Positions 35,988-50,194 of a stretch of DNA of 64,000 nucleotides are shown one piece after another (position 1 is the first letter of the stretch; the number at the start of each line of letters is the position of its first letter). The notes below the pieces were generated by a model, which was given only the letters and a program-made list of their open reading frames with translations, made no database searches and was not told the origin of the DNA. The translations under genes were made by a program, and so were the position numbers. This DNA comes from Octopus sinensis. Its lineage: Eukaryota. The stretch lies in NCBI RefSeq assembly GCF_006345805.1, contig NC_043014.1, forward strand, positions 3,038,001-3,102,000, given 5' to 3'.

Positions 35988-38900
35988 TATCAACCATCAT
36001 CATATATATATATATTAGTGACCGAAAGAGGTTTGATTGAAGAGCATGTCGGGTAAGTGCAACCCAGAAAATGGCCCTCGAGCCACTTATGTATTTACAC
36101 TCATTATTGGCTGTAAAATTAAATAAGTGTGCATGGAGAGCTGGCCTGGGGCTAAATTATGGCACACACAAATACATCATCACCACAACCATCACCAGCA
36201 GGATGATATATTTCATATTAAATTTTTAGGGAATGAATCTTGAATGTAAACAGAAACCAAAGTGTGTGGTTGGGGGGAGAGGGAAATGTCTGGTGAATTA
36301 ATTTATATGGTGATGACAAATGCTAAACTGAATGCAAATGTGTCAACCTGTTGAAATACTTTGGCAGAAAGTTGTTTGGTAAGGAGTTGTGCGTGAGAGG
36401 AGAGGAAGCGTGAGAGGAGAGGAAACTGGGGGGACTAGAAAAACTGCCAAACTATGCAAGCATTTGTGTTTGTTTTACCAGATTTTGTAAATAGCAGAAA
36501 TGACAAATCTAGAGGCCAGACAGATGGTTTAGTAAAATATATGGGTTTGTTTGAGAAAGAAAATTAATATAAAGGGGGGGAAATTGATGTAGATAAAACC
36601 ATGTGGCGGTGGTGAAGATGTTTTGCTTTGCAACTATGCACGGGGTGGGTGGGTGGGTTTAATTTGAATCCCCCAAGGTATTACAGCTTCAAGATTTCAA
36701 TATGATTGTTTAATTTAAGGATGACCTTGTAGGTAAAGTGTGAAAGGGCAAAATCTAACTGGCTTAAAAGCCAAAGGGTTACAACTGACCTTTAGTTAGT
36801 TTTTTTAATGAGTATTTCCCTAGTCTTTGTCTTCCTGTACGTAACCATAATGCAATGGAACCACATGTTGTACTGTGTATGTGAACACACATGAGAAATA
36901 CATGTTTCATTTTGGTTTCCCAACCAGGTGTTTGGTAAGGAGTTGTGCGTGAGAGGAGCCAAACTAGATACGAAGCGACACCAACAGAATAGCATTGTGA
37001 GCAAAACCAGGGTTCTTTCAATCCGTTCAATTGATGACGCATATCTTCATCATCATTTAACATCCGTTTTCTATGTTAGGATGGGTTGGATGGTCCGACC
37101 AGGGTCTGGGACCCAGGAGGCTGCACCAGGTTCCAGTCTGATCTGGCAGTGTTTCTACAGCTGGATGCCCTTCCTAATGCCAACCACACTGCGAGTGTAG
37201 TGGCTGCTTTTTACGTTCCAGGCAAGGCTGGCAACGGCCACGATCGGTTGGTGCTTTTTACGTGCCACCGGCATGGAAGCCAGTCAAGGCCAGTCAGTCA
37301 TCAGTCACGTTCGGATGGTGCTTTTTACGTGCCGTACACAAAGCAATTAATATCATTTCCATCCAAAAGTCTCCATTGACAATCTCGATCTCTTGGCTTT
37401 GACAATACAGCAACATTGTTTTTTAAAAAAAATATATCTAATCAAAAATGAACACCTTGCTTTACAGGTGCTTTGCTTTCTGTCTACTGTACTTTGATTT
37501 TTCAATCATACAGACACAAATATCTAAAGAGGGAAAAGTGAAAGAAAATGATTTGTGTGCATTCTAGCACTAACATGCGATCTTAAAGATAGCATGTTGG
37601 GGGCTAGAATACACACTCATAATATCCAAGGCATTTGCAGGCTGCTTCACACTGAGTGATCAACATAGTTGATGCTTCGCTAAAAATACACAAACCATGA
37701 ATATTGCACACGACAAAAATTAAATACATTCTAGTCACAAAATGGATAAGTTATGAAAAAAACCCAGGAAACAGAACATAACATGTATCACACTTGACTT
37801 CAAAATTACAGCTAGAATATATTGCAATAACACCAGAATGAAAACCCACCTCCTGAGTAAGAAACCACAGACTAGCAAACCACAAAACCTTCTTCAAACA
37901 ACCATTTTAATATACAAATGTTAATGTAAACATGAAACTTCGCAACTCAAAACTCTTACATTGGACACACATGTAGGACACTTTCTTGTCAGTTGACTAT
38001 GCATTTACAACAAGAAGCTATTGCAGCCAAGATCTGTACCTATTTCTTTACTACCCACAAGGGGCTAAACACAAAGGGGACAAACAAGGACAGACAAATG
38101 GATTAAGTCGATTACATCGACCCCGAAAGGATGAAAGGCAAAGTCGACCTCAGCGGAATTTGAACTCAGAACGTAACGGCAGACAAAATATGGCTACGCA
38201 TTTCGCCCGGTATGCTAACGTTTCAGCCAGCTCGCCACCAATCGAACTAAATTGAAAAGCCTTAGTTGACAGCACTAAACTTTTATATAGAATCCCAGAA
38301 AACAATAAAAATAACTGTGGAAGCTTTCTATTAGTAAAACATAAACCAAAAAGAATCAGTTACATCACATAAAATGAATTATTAAATCTAAGTTCTCAAC
38401 TGTTTGTCTTTAATCTGCTGTTGAGTTTTGTCAATTACAAAAGCATTCCCACAATCCTTTGCCACCTACAGTAAATCATGTGAGCACCACTCTTATCATT
38501 ACTATCAATTCATTCATTCTGATGACGAGACCAAGGAAGCCTCATCATCAGAATGAAATATATGAAAAATATAATGAAAAAAATACATGGGGGTTATTGC
38601 CAAAAGTTGCTGATCCCTGTTTTGTTGTTCAATTATTTCTGGAAATAATGAAGAATTTACTAATGACTTAATCACTATTAATGAGGTATTTGGAATATAA
38701 CATTAAATTTTTAAAGTTTAATTAGGAACCCTTTGAACATGAAATTTGCATCATTGAAGCAGGAAGCAGTTTCATATGGGTTGGTCACAAAAGGGTTGGA
38801 GTGACAAGGCTAAAATGGTCAGAGCTATTAGTGCACTTCTACCCTATATCAGAAATTCACATTAGTAACTATAATACTAATTCTGGTAAAGGCATGGCTT

Positions 38901-41900
38901 TGGTTCAGAAATTCGCTTAGCAGCCCTCTGGTTCTGAGTTTAAAACCACTTTGTGGCACCTTGGGTATGTGTAGGCCTTCTATAGCTTCAAGCCAACCAA
39001 CAAATTAGGTGAAAAGAAATAGTACAGAAGCTAGTGTGTGTGTGGCTGTGAATTTGTGTGTTTGTACGTGTGTGTTTTTGCGTATGCATATGTTTGTATG
39101 TGTGTGTGTGTGCATTCACATTAGCACCAATTAGGCAATGGTGACATTCGTTAAAAGTGGCGAGCTGGCAGAAACGTTAGCACGCCGGGTGAAATGCTTA
39201 GCAGTATTTCATCTGCCGAGGTCAACTTTGCCTTTCATCCTTTCGGGATGAACTCACAACGTAGAGGCAGACGCAGGTAGTGAACACATTGAGCTTGGTG
39301 GCACTTCTGACTCTTTATGTTCTGTGTTCAAGTCCTGCTGAGGTGAGCTTTAACTTTTATCCTTTCAATACCGATCAAACAATCGGGTGGATTAATCAGC
39401 TGACCCCAACCTCCTGAAATTTCTGGCCTTGTGCCAAAATTTAAAACCCCTATTATTGTTGTTGCTGTTATTGTTATGATGTCTTTTTGTTTTAGATTTG
39501 TTTGTATTTAAAGGTTCCTCAACGGAATTAACAGGAAGCCTGGAGCCATTGGTCCGTGGGATCACAGTCAGCATCAAGTATTGAGGGGCCTCAGCTGGGT
39601 TGGCTCTAATAACCCAGAGAAAACAAATATGTTTCATATCTCAATGTTCAATTAAGAGTCTTTTATTATTATCATCATTATTATAATAATAATTATAATA
39701 ATCATAATTGTAATAATGATGTACGCGACACTGGAAGTGGCAACCAGCTGAATGACAGCTCATTACACACCCAAACTACTAAAAGACTCCCAACATCACA
39801 CCACACTTATTAACCTACATACCAATATTATTACATACCAGAGAGGGTGGTGGTGATGATGATGACTACAGGGAGGGGTGCATGCGAAAGAGAGAGAGAG
39901 GGTGAGAATGGGAGGTGTGCGTGTATAACATTATTAACAATGCGCGGAAGCAGTGAAGTGGCAAGATTGGTACGATAGCCATTCACTTGTGGCCCCATTA
40001 TATTTCTGGGCTGAGTTCAATCCTCAACATAGTCTTAATCACACACACACACACACACAAGTAAGCATGTCTGGTGTAGTTGTTTATAAAACTGGGACAT
40101 TTTATTGTGGAAATATTCACACAGAACTAAAAATAAAAACTCGTTACAATTTCATAATTACATGCACATTCTCACACACCCACTTACACACCGACACACC
40201 CACCCACAAGTGTATATGAGAGAGACTGTGCGTGTGTGTGTGTAATTAGGAAATTGTGACAAGTTTTGTTTATTTTTAGTTCATGAGATTATTTTAACCA
40301 AAGAATGTTGAAGCCCCAGTTATATGAACCCCCGTTTCTGAAGTTGATAAGAGGTAACTAAAAAAAAAAGGATTAGTCTTAGTAAGGGCATTCACCTACA
40401 AAACAGTGACACAAAGTCTGATTGAAGTCCCATACCAGCATGGAAAAACTGGCCAAAAAATGATGACAAGAATGAAGAATTTCTAGGTTTAGCAAAAATA
40501 CTAGCAGTAACGTCCAACGTTGCTCGGGTTTGTTTCGACCCTTTAAAATTGGAATTTTTGAAAAGTAAAAATTTTGCATTATGTAGCTTATTTATTCTCT
40601 TTAAGTGAACATTTTTCTGGTTGAAATACACCGAAAAATGGCGACACAGCAGTCAAAAAATCGTAAAAAATAGGAATTTTCATAGAAAAAAAAAGCACCT
40701 TTTTGATGTAAATAATTTTTGGTGTTAACATGAATTTGGCCAGTGGCATGTATTTGATCAACAAAAACAAATAAGGGTATAATAAGTAGTAAACAAGACA
40801 GATTCTTGACTTGTACTGAAATGATATCCACCTCCAGGGATGGTAGAACAATCATTTGGTGGCAACTAGGATTAACACCAAATGATGCGGGTGATAATTT
40901 CATGAATCAATAATTCTCCAAAATTGACAAGTTATTAAGGAAAAAAGTAGTCTGTCTGGAGAAAAAAAAAAAGGGACAGCTCTGGAGATGTGTTTCTGTC
41001 TTAATAAGCATCATCAGCACAGCACTTATCCCAGACATGTAGTTATTCTTTGCTTTCAGTCATAAGCTGGATTATTTGTAAAACCCTAGGACATAAATGA
41101 ATCCTTATTTTATTGGTTCCTGATGAGCAAAAGGCAAAGATAAAAGGGGCAGAGTTCAAACTCAGAAAGTAAAAGAAACAACACATTGAAATATGTTTTA
41201 AGTTTGACAAATATGCAAAAGTTGTTTTGTCTGATGCTCTACGGGGGGGGGGGGCACACACACACACACACACACTGATGGTTATATACTGTCTTTCCAC
41301 TGAATAAACACACCAACCAAATGCTTTATTGTGTAACACTGTTTACACACATACACACACACCTGTCTGTGAATTAGAAGAACAGGTGTTTCTTCACAAT
41401 GTAGGGTGTCTCTGGTGTAAACAGTGATCACTCATTCATGTCAAGGGAGAGAGAAAGAGAGAGATAGGGAAAGAGAAAAAGGGAGGGCGGGAGGGAGATA
41501 GGGAAAGAGAAAGAGATAAGGAGAGAGAAAGAGATAGGGAGATAGAAAGAGAGATAGGAAGAGAGAAGGAGAGATAGGGAGAGAAAGAGAGATAGGGAGA
41601 GAGAAAGAGAGATAGGGAAAGAGAGATAAGGAGAGAGAAAGAGAGACAAAGAGAGAGAGGGAAGAAGAGACAGAGAGAACAGGGGGACAGGGAGACACAG
41701 GGAGACAGAGAGAGAAAGGAGGGTGACAGGGAGACAAAGGGAGAAAGGAGGGGGACAGGGAGAGAAAATTTAGTGTAGGGAAAGGGTTCCAAACTGCAGA
41801 TACTCAACAGCAATAATTCCTTCCACTGGCTACCCCCCTCCCCACCCACTCACCGCCCCAGTTATAGCAACTGAAGCAATCCAAGGAATATATTTGCTTT

Positions 41901-44537
41901 TACACAACTGTCTGGGCTATCATCATCATCATGGCCATCAAGTGCTAACAATCATTGGTGAAAACTAGATTTAGGCCCATAGAAGATTTATGTTGGGGGT
42001 GAAAGAACCCCCCCCCCTCTGCATTGCAAGTTTTCTTTACTGATTACCCCTTCTAGTAAAGACACACAGCCAACACACAAGATCTATTCGTTGTAATCCA
42101 TTTAATCCGTTTTATGATGCCAGATAGCTGGGATGGTTCTGAAGATATTCCGTGGGGGATATTTGCATGTAAAGCACCACTGCTGCCACTGTCCCACCCC
42201 ACCCTGCCTTCAGTCTTATGAACGAAAATAAATTTAAAAAACAACCAATATAATTAATGGGTTTTTGAATATTGGCAATTTCTAAGAAGAGGAGCTTTGA
42301 GATCCCTACAAAGGAGACAGGATAGAAATAAGGGAGCTGGCTTCTAATATCAAACAAACGCTCTCAATTCATTCGTTTCAGTTGGCCTTACACCTCACAC
42401 TTATGGACCCGCCCCAATTTAAAAGTGGTGGTGGGGCTTACACAATACTACAAAAGATTAAAAAAAAGGGGGGGCCATTTTATTGACAGGAACATCTTTC
42501 TCCCTTGAGTAATCTAAAATATTCCATCCACCCCCTACATGGATGGCAGGGTCATTTTGGGATCTTTGTAATGGTAGCATGGAGGGACAACTGTTCTGTG
42601 TTCAAACCTGTTTAGCAAAGATCCCCTCAGGGGACTCAAACACATAAATTGTGCACTACTGAGTGGCTTTGTCTTTCACCTTGAGGAATTTTAGTTGAAC
42701 AAAGAGACCACAACACTTATATTCTTTTTAAAAATGCTGATACTTATTCTATCAGTCTCCCTTGTTGAACCACTAACTTACAGGGATGTAAACAAACCAA
42801 CACTAGTTGCCAAGTAGTAGTGAGGGACAAACACCTACACACATATATTATGTATATCAAAATAAATATTAAATGGAAATCGTAGTTGTGATCCCTGTGC
42901 CGGTGGCACATAAAAAGCACCAACCGATCGTGGCCGTTACCAGGCTCCTCTGGCTCCTATGCCGGTGGCACGTAAAAAGCACCAACCGATCGTGGCCATT
43001 TGCCAGCTTCCCCTGGCACCTGTGCCGGTGGCACATAAAAAGCATCCACTACACTCACAGAGTGGTTGGCGTTAGGAAGGGCATCCAGCTGTAGAAACAC
43101 TGCCAAATCTGACTGGCCTGGTGCAGCCTTAGGGCTTCCCAGACCCCAGTTGAACCGTCCAACCCATTCTAGGATGGAAAACAGACGTTAAACGATGAGG
43201 ATGACTGGAGCCTGGTGTGGCTGTCTGGTTCGCCAGCCCTCAGTCAAATCATCCAACCCATGCTAGCATGGAAGGCGGACATTAAACGATGATGATGATG
43301 ATGAATAGGATGGTCACATCTGGCAGAGTTTTCTAACTGTGGATCTGCTCCATCAAGACTTACCTGGAGCTAAGCCAATGATCAAGTTTCTACACAGGAG
43401 CTAGATCTGGTAAAAAAAAATAGCAGCCAAGTCACCCTCAAATCCTCTGACAAATGGTCACACCAACACAGACACACAGAAATTTGCACAAACACACTGT
43501 CATAGATAGATCAGTCTTTGAGTGATCACTCAACATGCTAGAAATAATAACCAAATCTTCTTTAAAGCTTTTTTTTTTATAAGGAGCCATCAGATATAGT
43601 GCAGACCTGGATAATATTTCTGAAACCTAAATCACATTCTTCTGTCAGGAAAACTTTTAATCATATATATTTCTTTATTACCCACAAGGGGCTAAACACA
43701 GAGGGGACAAAAAAGGACAGACAAACAAATTAAGTCGATTACATAGACCCAAGTGAGTAACTGGTACTTAATTTATCGACCCCGAAAGGATGAAAGGCAA
43801 AGTCGACCTCAGCGGAATTTGAACTCAGAACGTAACAGCAGACGAAATACCGATAAGCATTTCGCCCGGCGTGCTAACGATTCTGCCAGCTCACCGCCCT
43901 AGCCATAAACATACCATTATAAGGGCCATACAGAGCTATAGAGGGTTAAAACTATGATAGGTGTAAGAGACTTGTTTACACACACACACACAGAAATCTT
44001 TTAATAATGGAGGCCATGATCAAAGAATGTTCAAGCCCTTAGATTATTAACATGACACCTTGCTTACATCAAAGACATACCAGATGCCTTGGTCGGAAAT
44101 GCTAAGCCAACGTTTCCTTTGATCTTTAATGAACCATGAAGCTGAACTGAAAGGCAGACAAAAGTTACTCAACAGCAACTACAAAGAACCATTATTATTA
44201 TTATTGTTGTTGTTATTAGTTTTGTGAGTATGTAGTAGTAGTAGTTTATAATGTGGTAGCTTTAAATGTACATTGTCCCCAAACTCTCTGTGCCCATGTC
44301 TAGACATACCTGCTTTCATTCATCATTCCAGAAGAGGAAGAAAAGAAAGAATAAAAAGCACACAAGAGAGAGATGGAGAGAGGGAGAGAGGGAGAGAGAG
44401 GGAGAGAGAGGGAGAGGGAGAGAGAGAGAGAGAGAGAGAGGAAGGGAGAGAGAGAGAAGGGGAGAGAGAGGAGAGAGAGAAAGAGAGAGAAAGAGAGATA
44501 GAAAGAGAGATAGGAAGAGAGAAAGAGAGAGAGATAA

Positions 44538-44569
<32 letters not shown>

Positions 44570-44944
44570 AGAATGGGAAGAGAAAGAGAGAGGGAGAGAG
44601 AGATTTGCAGTTGAAAAAATATGAATTCCGACCCGTGCAAACATGAAAGAGTGAACATTAAAATAGAAATATATTTTGAGAATTATATAGAGAGTCATGG
44701 CTGGGTGGTGAAAAGTTTGGTTCCCAGCCACAAGATTCCTTGCTCCAGTCCAAGGACATGTCACTTTGGACATGCAAGTCTTTTACTATAGCCAGGGAGT
44801 GGCGGGGGGGGGGGAACTAAAGTCTTGTGAGTGAATTTGAACAGAAACTGAAAGAAACCCATCCTCTGTGTGTGTGTGTGTGTGTACCCCCCACCTTATG
44901 AGTACTTTCTATAATACAAGCATTCTTTTTCTCATACATGCACA

Positions 44945-45540
44945 CAGAGATTAGATAGATAGGTAGGTATGTAGGTAGGTGGGTAGATAGATAGGTAGAT
45001 AGACGGGTACGTAGATAGACAGGTAGGTAGATAGACAGGTAGGTAGATAGACAGGTAGGTAGATAGACAGGTAGGTAGATAGATAGGTAAGTAGATAGAT
45101 AGATAGGTAAGTAGGTAGATAGACAGGCAAACAGATAGATAGATAGATAGGTAAGTAGATAGATGGGTAGGTAGATGGACAGGTAGGTAGATATGTTTCT
45201 TTATTAGCCACACAGGGCTGCACACAGACAGGACAAAATTACAAGGTAGAGCTTTTCTTTTGGGGGGTAAAAGAAGGGGGTTTGGTTTTCGATCAAAAGG
45301 GATCATAAATGGAAATGGACAGGTAGGTAGATAGACAGGTAGGTTGATAGACATGTAGGTAGCTAGATAGGTAAGTAGGTAGGTAGGTAGGTAGACAGAT
45401 AGGTAGGTAGAGTGATAGGTAGGTAGAGTGATAGGTAGACAGATAGGTAGGTAGGTAGACAGATAGATAGGTAGGCAGACAGATAGATAGATAGGTAGGA
45501 AGGTAGACAGGTAGGTATGTATATAAGTAGATAAATAGGT
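44945..45540. repeat. Compound tetranucleotide satellite (AGGT/AGAT/AGAC)n interrupted by a SINE fragment
   Basis: Directly visible; unique insert at about 45195-45320. Confidence 0.85.
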
Positions 45541-47523
45541 AAATATCCTTTTTTAGCACAACAGGAAATTCATAGATAAGACTGGGAGATGTTTGTTCAA
45601 AAACACAAAGACTGTGACAACAACATCAACAACCAAAACAACACCAATAAAGGTAAATAGTAACAAAAACACGAAAAAAAAAACCTATCACATTACACCC
45701 AGTGTAATACTTTTTACAATAAATTCACTGTATTTTTTCTTCTTCCACAAACAGCAGTAAATCACACACCATGACCACCACACAATAAAACTAAATAATA
45801 ATAATAATAATAATACATCCCGAGGAAATGAGGGAGGGGGCAGGAGGAGTGAGAATAGATCAACTTTCATTTCACATCCCCCTCCCCCACTGATAAAGTA
45901 AAGGGAATAAGAGCCTAAAATGAATCCCTACAAATATATACAAAGACTACATTCCACCACGACCACCACCACCCAGTTTTAATTTATTTGTTTTTAGATG
46001 ATATTTGTTCTTGTTATTTAGGTTATAAAAGTAGGAAGGCTACCTGGAAAGTATGAGAATACCTGTAGCTTGTATTCACACACACACACATACGTACATA
46101 CACACAGGTACATACACACACGTACACACACACACACATACATACACACACGTACATATACACACACGTACATACACACACACACCACGTACATACACAC
46201 ACATACATACATACACACACACACGTACACACACACACACACACACACATACATCATGGCAGTGTTAGTGACAGATCAGGTAGATAATAAACAAGGCTGA
46301 ACCTTACCTGTTCAGTTCACACAGGTAAGGTGGGTAGGAAGGCCATGCTGCGTTTTAAGAAGGTAAGGAAGGAAATGGAAAGGTAAATTGGGTGGCTTGG
46401 TTACTGAGAGGGAACAAGGGTGGGAAGAAGAGAAAGAGAAAGAGAGAGAGAAGGAAGCAAATAAGCTGGTTGGTGAGATAGGTCAATAGGAAGATCTTCA
46501 GGTATAACAATGTTTCATACTATGTCAGAGTATGTGACATGTATGAGTGACTATATATATATATATATATATATATGAAATGGGTGTATGTGTGTATACA
46601 TACACGCTTAAACATATCTACATATGTATATACAATATTATACATACATACACACATATATGTATGCATGTATGTACACACAAGTCTGTTTTGTGAACAA
46701 AGCACCAAAACTGGAGAAAGCTATTCTACATATTTAACAAGTACTAAAGGCAGTGCTCCAGCATGGCCACAGTCAAATGACTGAAACAAGTAAAAGAGAG
46801 TTATATATATATATATATATATGCGCAGGAGTGGCTGTGTGGTAAGTAGCTTGCTTACCAACCACATAGTTCTGGGTTCAGTCCCACTGCGTGGCATCTT
46901 GGGCAAGTGTCTTCTACTATAGCCCCAGGCCGACCAAAGCCTTGTGAGTGGATTTGGTAGACGGAAACTGAAAGAAGCCTGTCGTATATATGTATATATA
47001 TGTATGTGTGTGTGTGTGTTTGTGTGTCTGTGTTTGTCCCCCTAGCATTACTTGACAACCGATGCTGGTGTGTTTACGTCCCTGTCACTTAGCGGTTCGG
47101 CAAAAGAGACCGGTAAAATAAGTACTGGGCTTACAAAGAATAAGTCCCGGGGTCGATTTGCTCGACTAAAGGCGGTGCTCCAGCATGGCCACAGTCAAAT
47201 GACTGAAACAAGTAAAAGAGTAAAAGATATATATTATATATATATATATATGTATATATGCACATGTATATATCTATCTATCTATCTATATATATATATA
47301 AAATGGGTGTATGTGTGTATACGTACACACTTAAACATATCTACATATGTATATACAATATCATATATACATACACACACATATGTATGTATGTACACAC
47401 AAGTCTGTTTTGTGAACAAGGCACAAAAACTGGAGAAAGCTATTCCGCGTATTTAACAAGTACTTAGTGTGTTTGTGTTCTTGTTAGTCTGTGTATGTCA
47501 ACATAGGATTGGACAGCTAAAAT

Positions 47524-47561
<38 letters not shown>

Positions 47562-47726
47562 TTCTAATAAGAGGAAGAACTAGAGGAGATACATAATATA
47601 ATTTCTTTTGCAAGTAATTCAGGTGTTACAGGTCAGGTGTGGCTAAGAATCACAAGGAGATTCTGTGTGTGTGTATGGAGGGAGGCATGGCTGTCTTCAT
47701 ACAAAAGGCAGGAAGAAGGGAGCTGT

Positions 47727-47758
<32 letters not shown>

Positions 47759-47794
47759 AGAGAGAGAGAGAGAGAGGAAGAGATAGAGTGTGTG

Positions 47795-47827
<33 letters not shown>

Positions 47828-48736
47828 ACTGAAATCATGTGAATCTGTAACATTATGTAAATCTCTCTCTCTCTCTCTTGATTGCCAATAGGTAACCAAG
47901 TCACCCATTTACCTTTTCATTTCCTTCCTTACCTTCTTAAACGCATGGCCTTCCCACCCACCTTACTTGTGTGAACTGAACACGTCTTCAATCCAGCCTT
48001 ATATACATACATATATATATATATATATATTTCTTTATTGCCCACAAGGGGCTAAACATAGAGGGAACAAACAAGGACAGACAACGGGATTAAGTTGATT
48101 ACATCGACCCCCACCAGTGCGAAACTGGTGCTTAATTTATCGACCCCCGAAAGGATGAAAGGCAAAGTCGACCTCGGCGGAATTTGCACTCAGAACGTAA
48201 CGACAGACGAAATACCATATATATATATTCATGTATGTGCATGCTAAAATCAAAAGAGTGAGAATATGTTCTCAACACTGCACAGGTGGATAAATATCTT
48301 TAATTGTGATTTAATAAGGTTGCCAATGTTTCCATGAAAAGAGAAAATCTCTGAATTATCAAGCCTGCCCACATAACATTCCCATGAGTCAGGCTTGATA
48401 ATCGTTAAGTGATTCATCTTCACATGAAACCCTTGGTAGCCTTCTTAATCCTCAAAAATTAAAAGTGTGTGTATGTATGTGTATTTACATGTGTGTGTGT
48501 GTGTACATGCATAATATAGAATAAAATACAGAACAGTAATGTTTATTGTTGTGAATTCAACAGGCATTATCTTGTAGTTCTGAGATTTTGACGATATTAG
48601 GAGACACAAACACTTATACACACATGTACACACAAGATGGTAACTTCTGTCTACCAAGTTCAATGACAAGGCATCGGTCAGCCCGAGGCTGTAGCAGAAG
48701 ACACTTGCCCAAGGTGCCATGCAGTAGGACTGAACC

Positions 48737-49068
48737 ATCATCATCATCATTGTTCGACCGTGGTCGAGACAATGGAATTTACCATGCTATGCCAGACTTC
48801 ACGGTCCATCATGGCATTACGGAGGTCCTGTTGCTGGATGCCTGTATCCCTGGAGATTACATCAGGGTAGGAGAGTGTGCGCCCTCTGGTATTGCGAGTA
48901 GATGGCTTCCAGAGGAGAAGAGCAGTAATTACCTTGTTTTCAGCTCTACAACAATGTCCAGCAAGCTGGACTCTCCTACCTTTCACAAGAGATGATACAG
49001 GTGGTAGTTTCCCATATATTTGTACTTTAGTTGGATGCCATTTCCACGAGAGATTTTGAGCTCTCATA
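48737..49068 (-). mobile_element. RTE-type LINE 3' fragment inserted into a SINE, 11-bp TSD
   Basis: RRVQLAGHCCRAE...LLWKPSTRNTRGRTLSYPDVISRDTG...AMMDREVWHSMV then (TGA)n tail. AGGACTGAACC is duplicated at 48726-48736 and 49069-49079. Confidence 0.85.
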
Positions 49069-50161
49069 AGGACTGAACCTGAAACCATGGGGTGGGAAAG
49101 CAACTTTTCTAACCACACAGCCATGCCCTATACTTAGAATAACGTAGCCGAGCATGTGTGAGAAGCTAGATCGGATTGGTTTGAACATACAAGTAAAACC
49201 TTTTGGCCAGATATGGTTGGGTCACACGTTGACCCTTTAGCATTCAGATTAGCCTCTCAATTATCTATTCACATTGTTTTGAATTTGAATTAATCATACG
49301 TTGTCTCGTAAGCTTTGAGATTTTAATGATAGATTTGTTTACTTTTAGAATGACATTGCAGGGTAGCTGAGAGAGGCCTGATCCGGTCAGTTTGAACAGT
49401 AATCAGGTAGAATATTTGGGCCTGATGTGGCCAGTCTGAATGCTGAAGGGTTAAAGGATTACATAATACATGTAACCCCTACACTTTCTTTCATTTGTCC
49501 ATTCACTCATAAATATATGATGGGCTTCTTTCAGTTTTTAACAAAGCCCCCCCACTGATGGTTTTGGTCAGCCTGAGGCTATAGTAGAAGACACTCGCCC
49601 AAGGTGCCATACAGTGGGACTGAACCTGGAACCATATGGTTAGGATGCAACCTTCTTACCCTCTCTCACACACACACAAAATGAATATTCATGCAAAGCT
49701 TTTGAGAAGGATGGGATTTCAGAAATTGACAGACATACAGGCATATATCAAATTATTTGCATGTCTGTGTGTGTGTGTGTGTGTATAAAAATATGTATGT
49801 ATGTATACTCACACACCTGCGTGTTCGGGTCTAATTAGATAAAAATTTAAAAACCAAAATGATATTTGGCCAAGTCTGTATGTGCGCACTGTGTGCGTGT
49901 ACTACAGAGAGAACATAAATATTACAGAAACACACACACACATATAATTGTGTACATTCTTACACACACACACACACACACACATTCATATATAAGCATG
50001 CACTCAAACCCCGGGCCACAAGTTACTTCCACATCATCTTCCTCCACCAAACCACATGCCTTGCCCTTCCTAAACAGTTCAGACAGGTAAGTTCAGTTAA
50101 GTTTCCATAAAGAAAACCACTCAACACCACCACCACCACCATCACCATCACATCTCTCATT

Positions 50162-50194
<33 letters not shown>

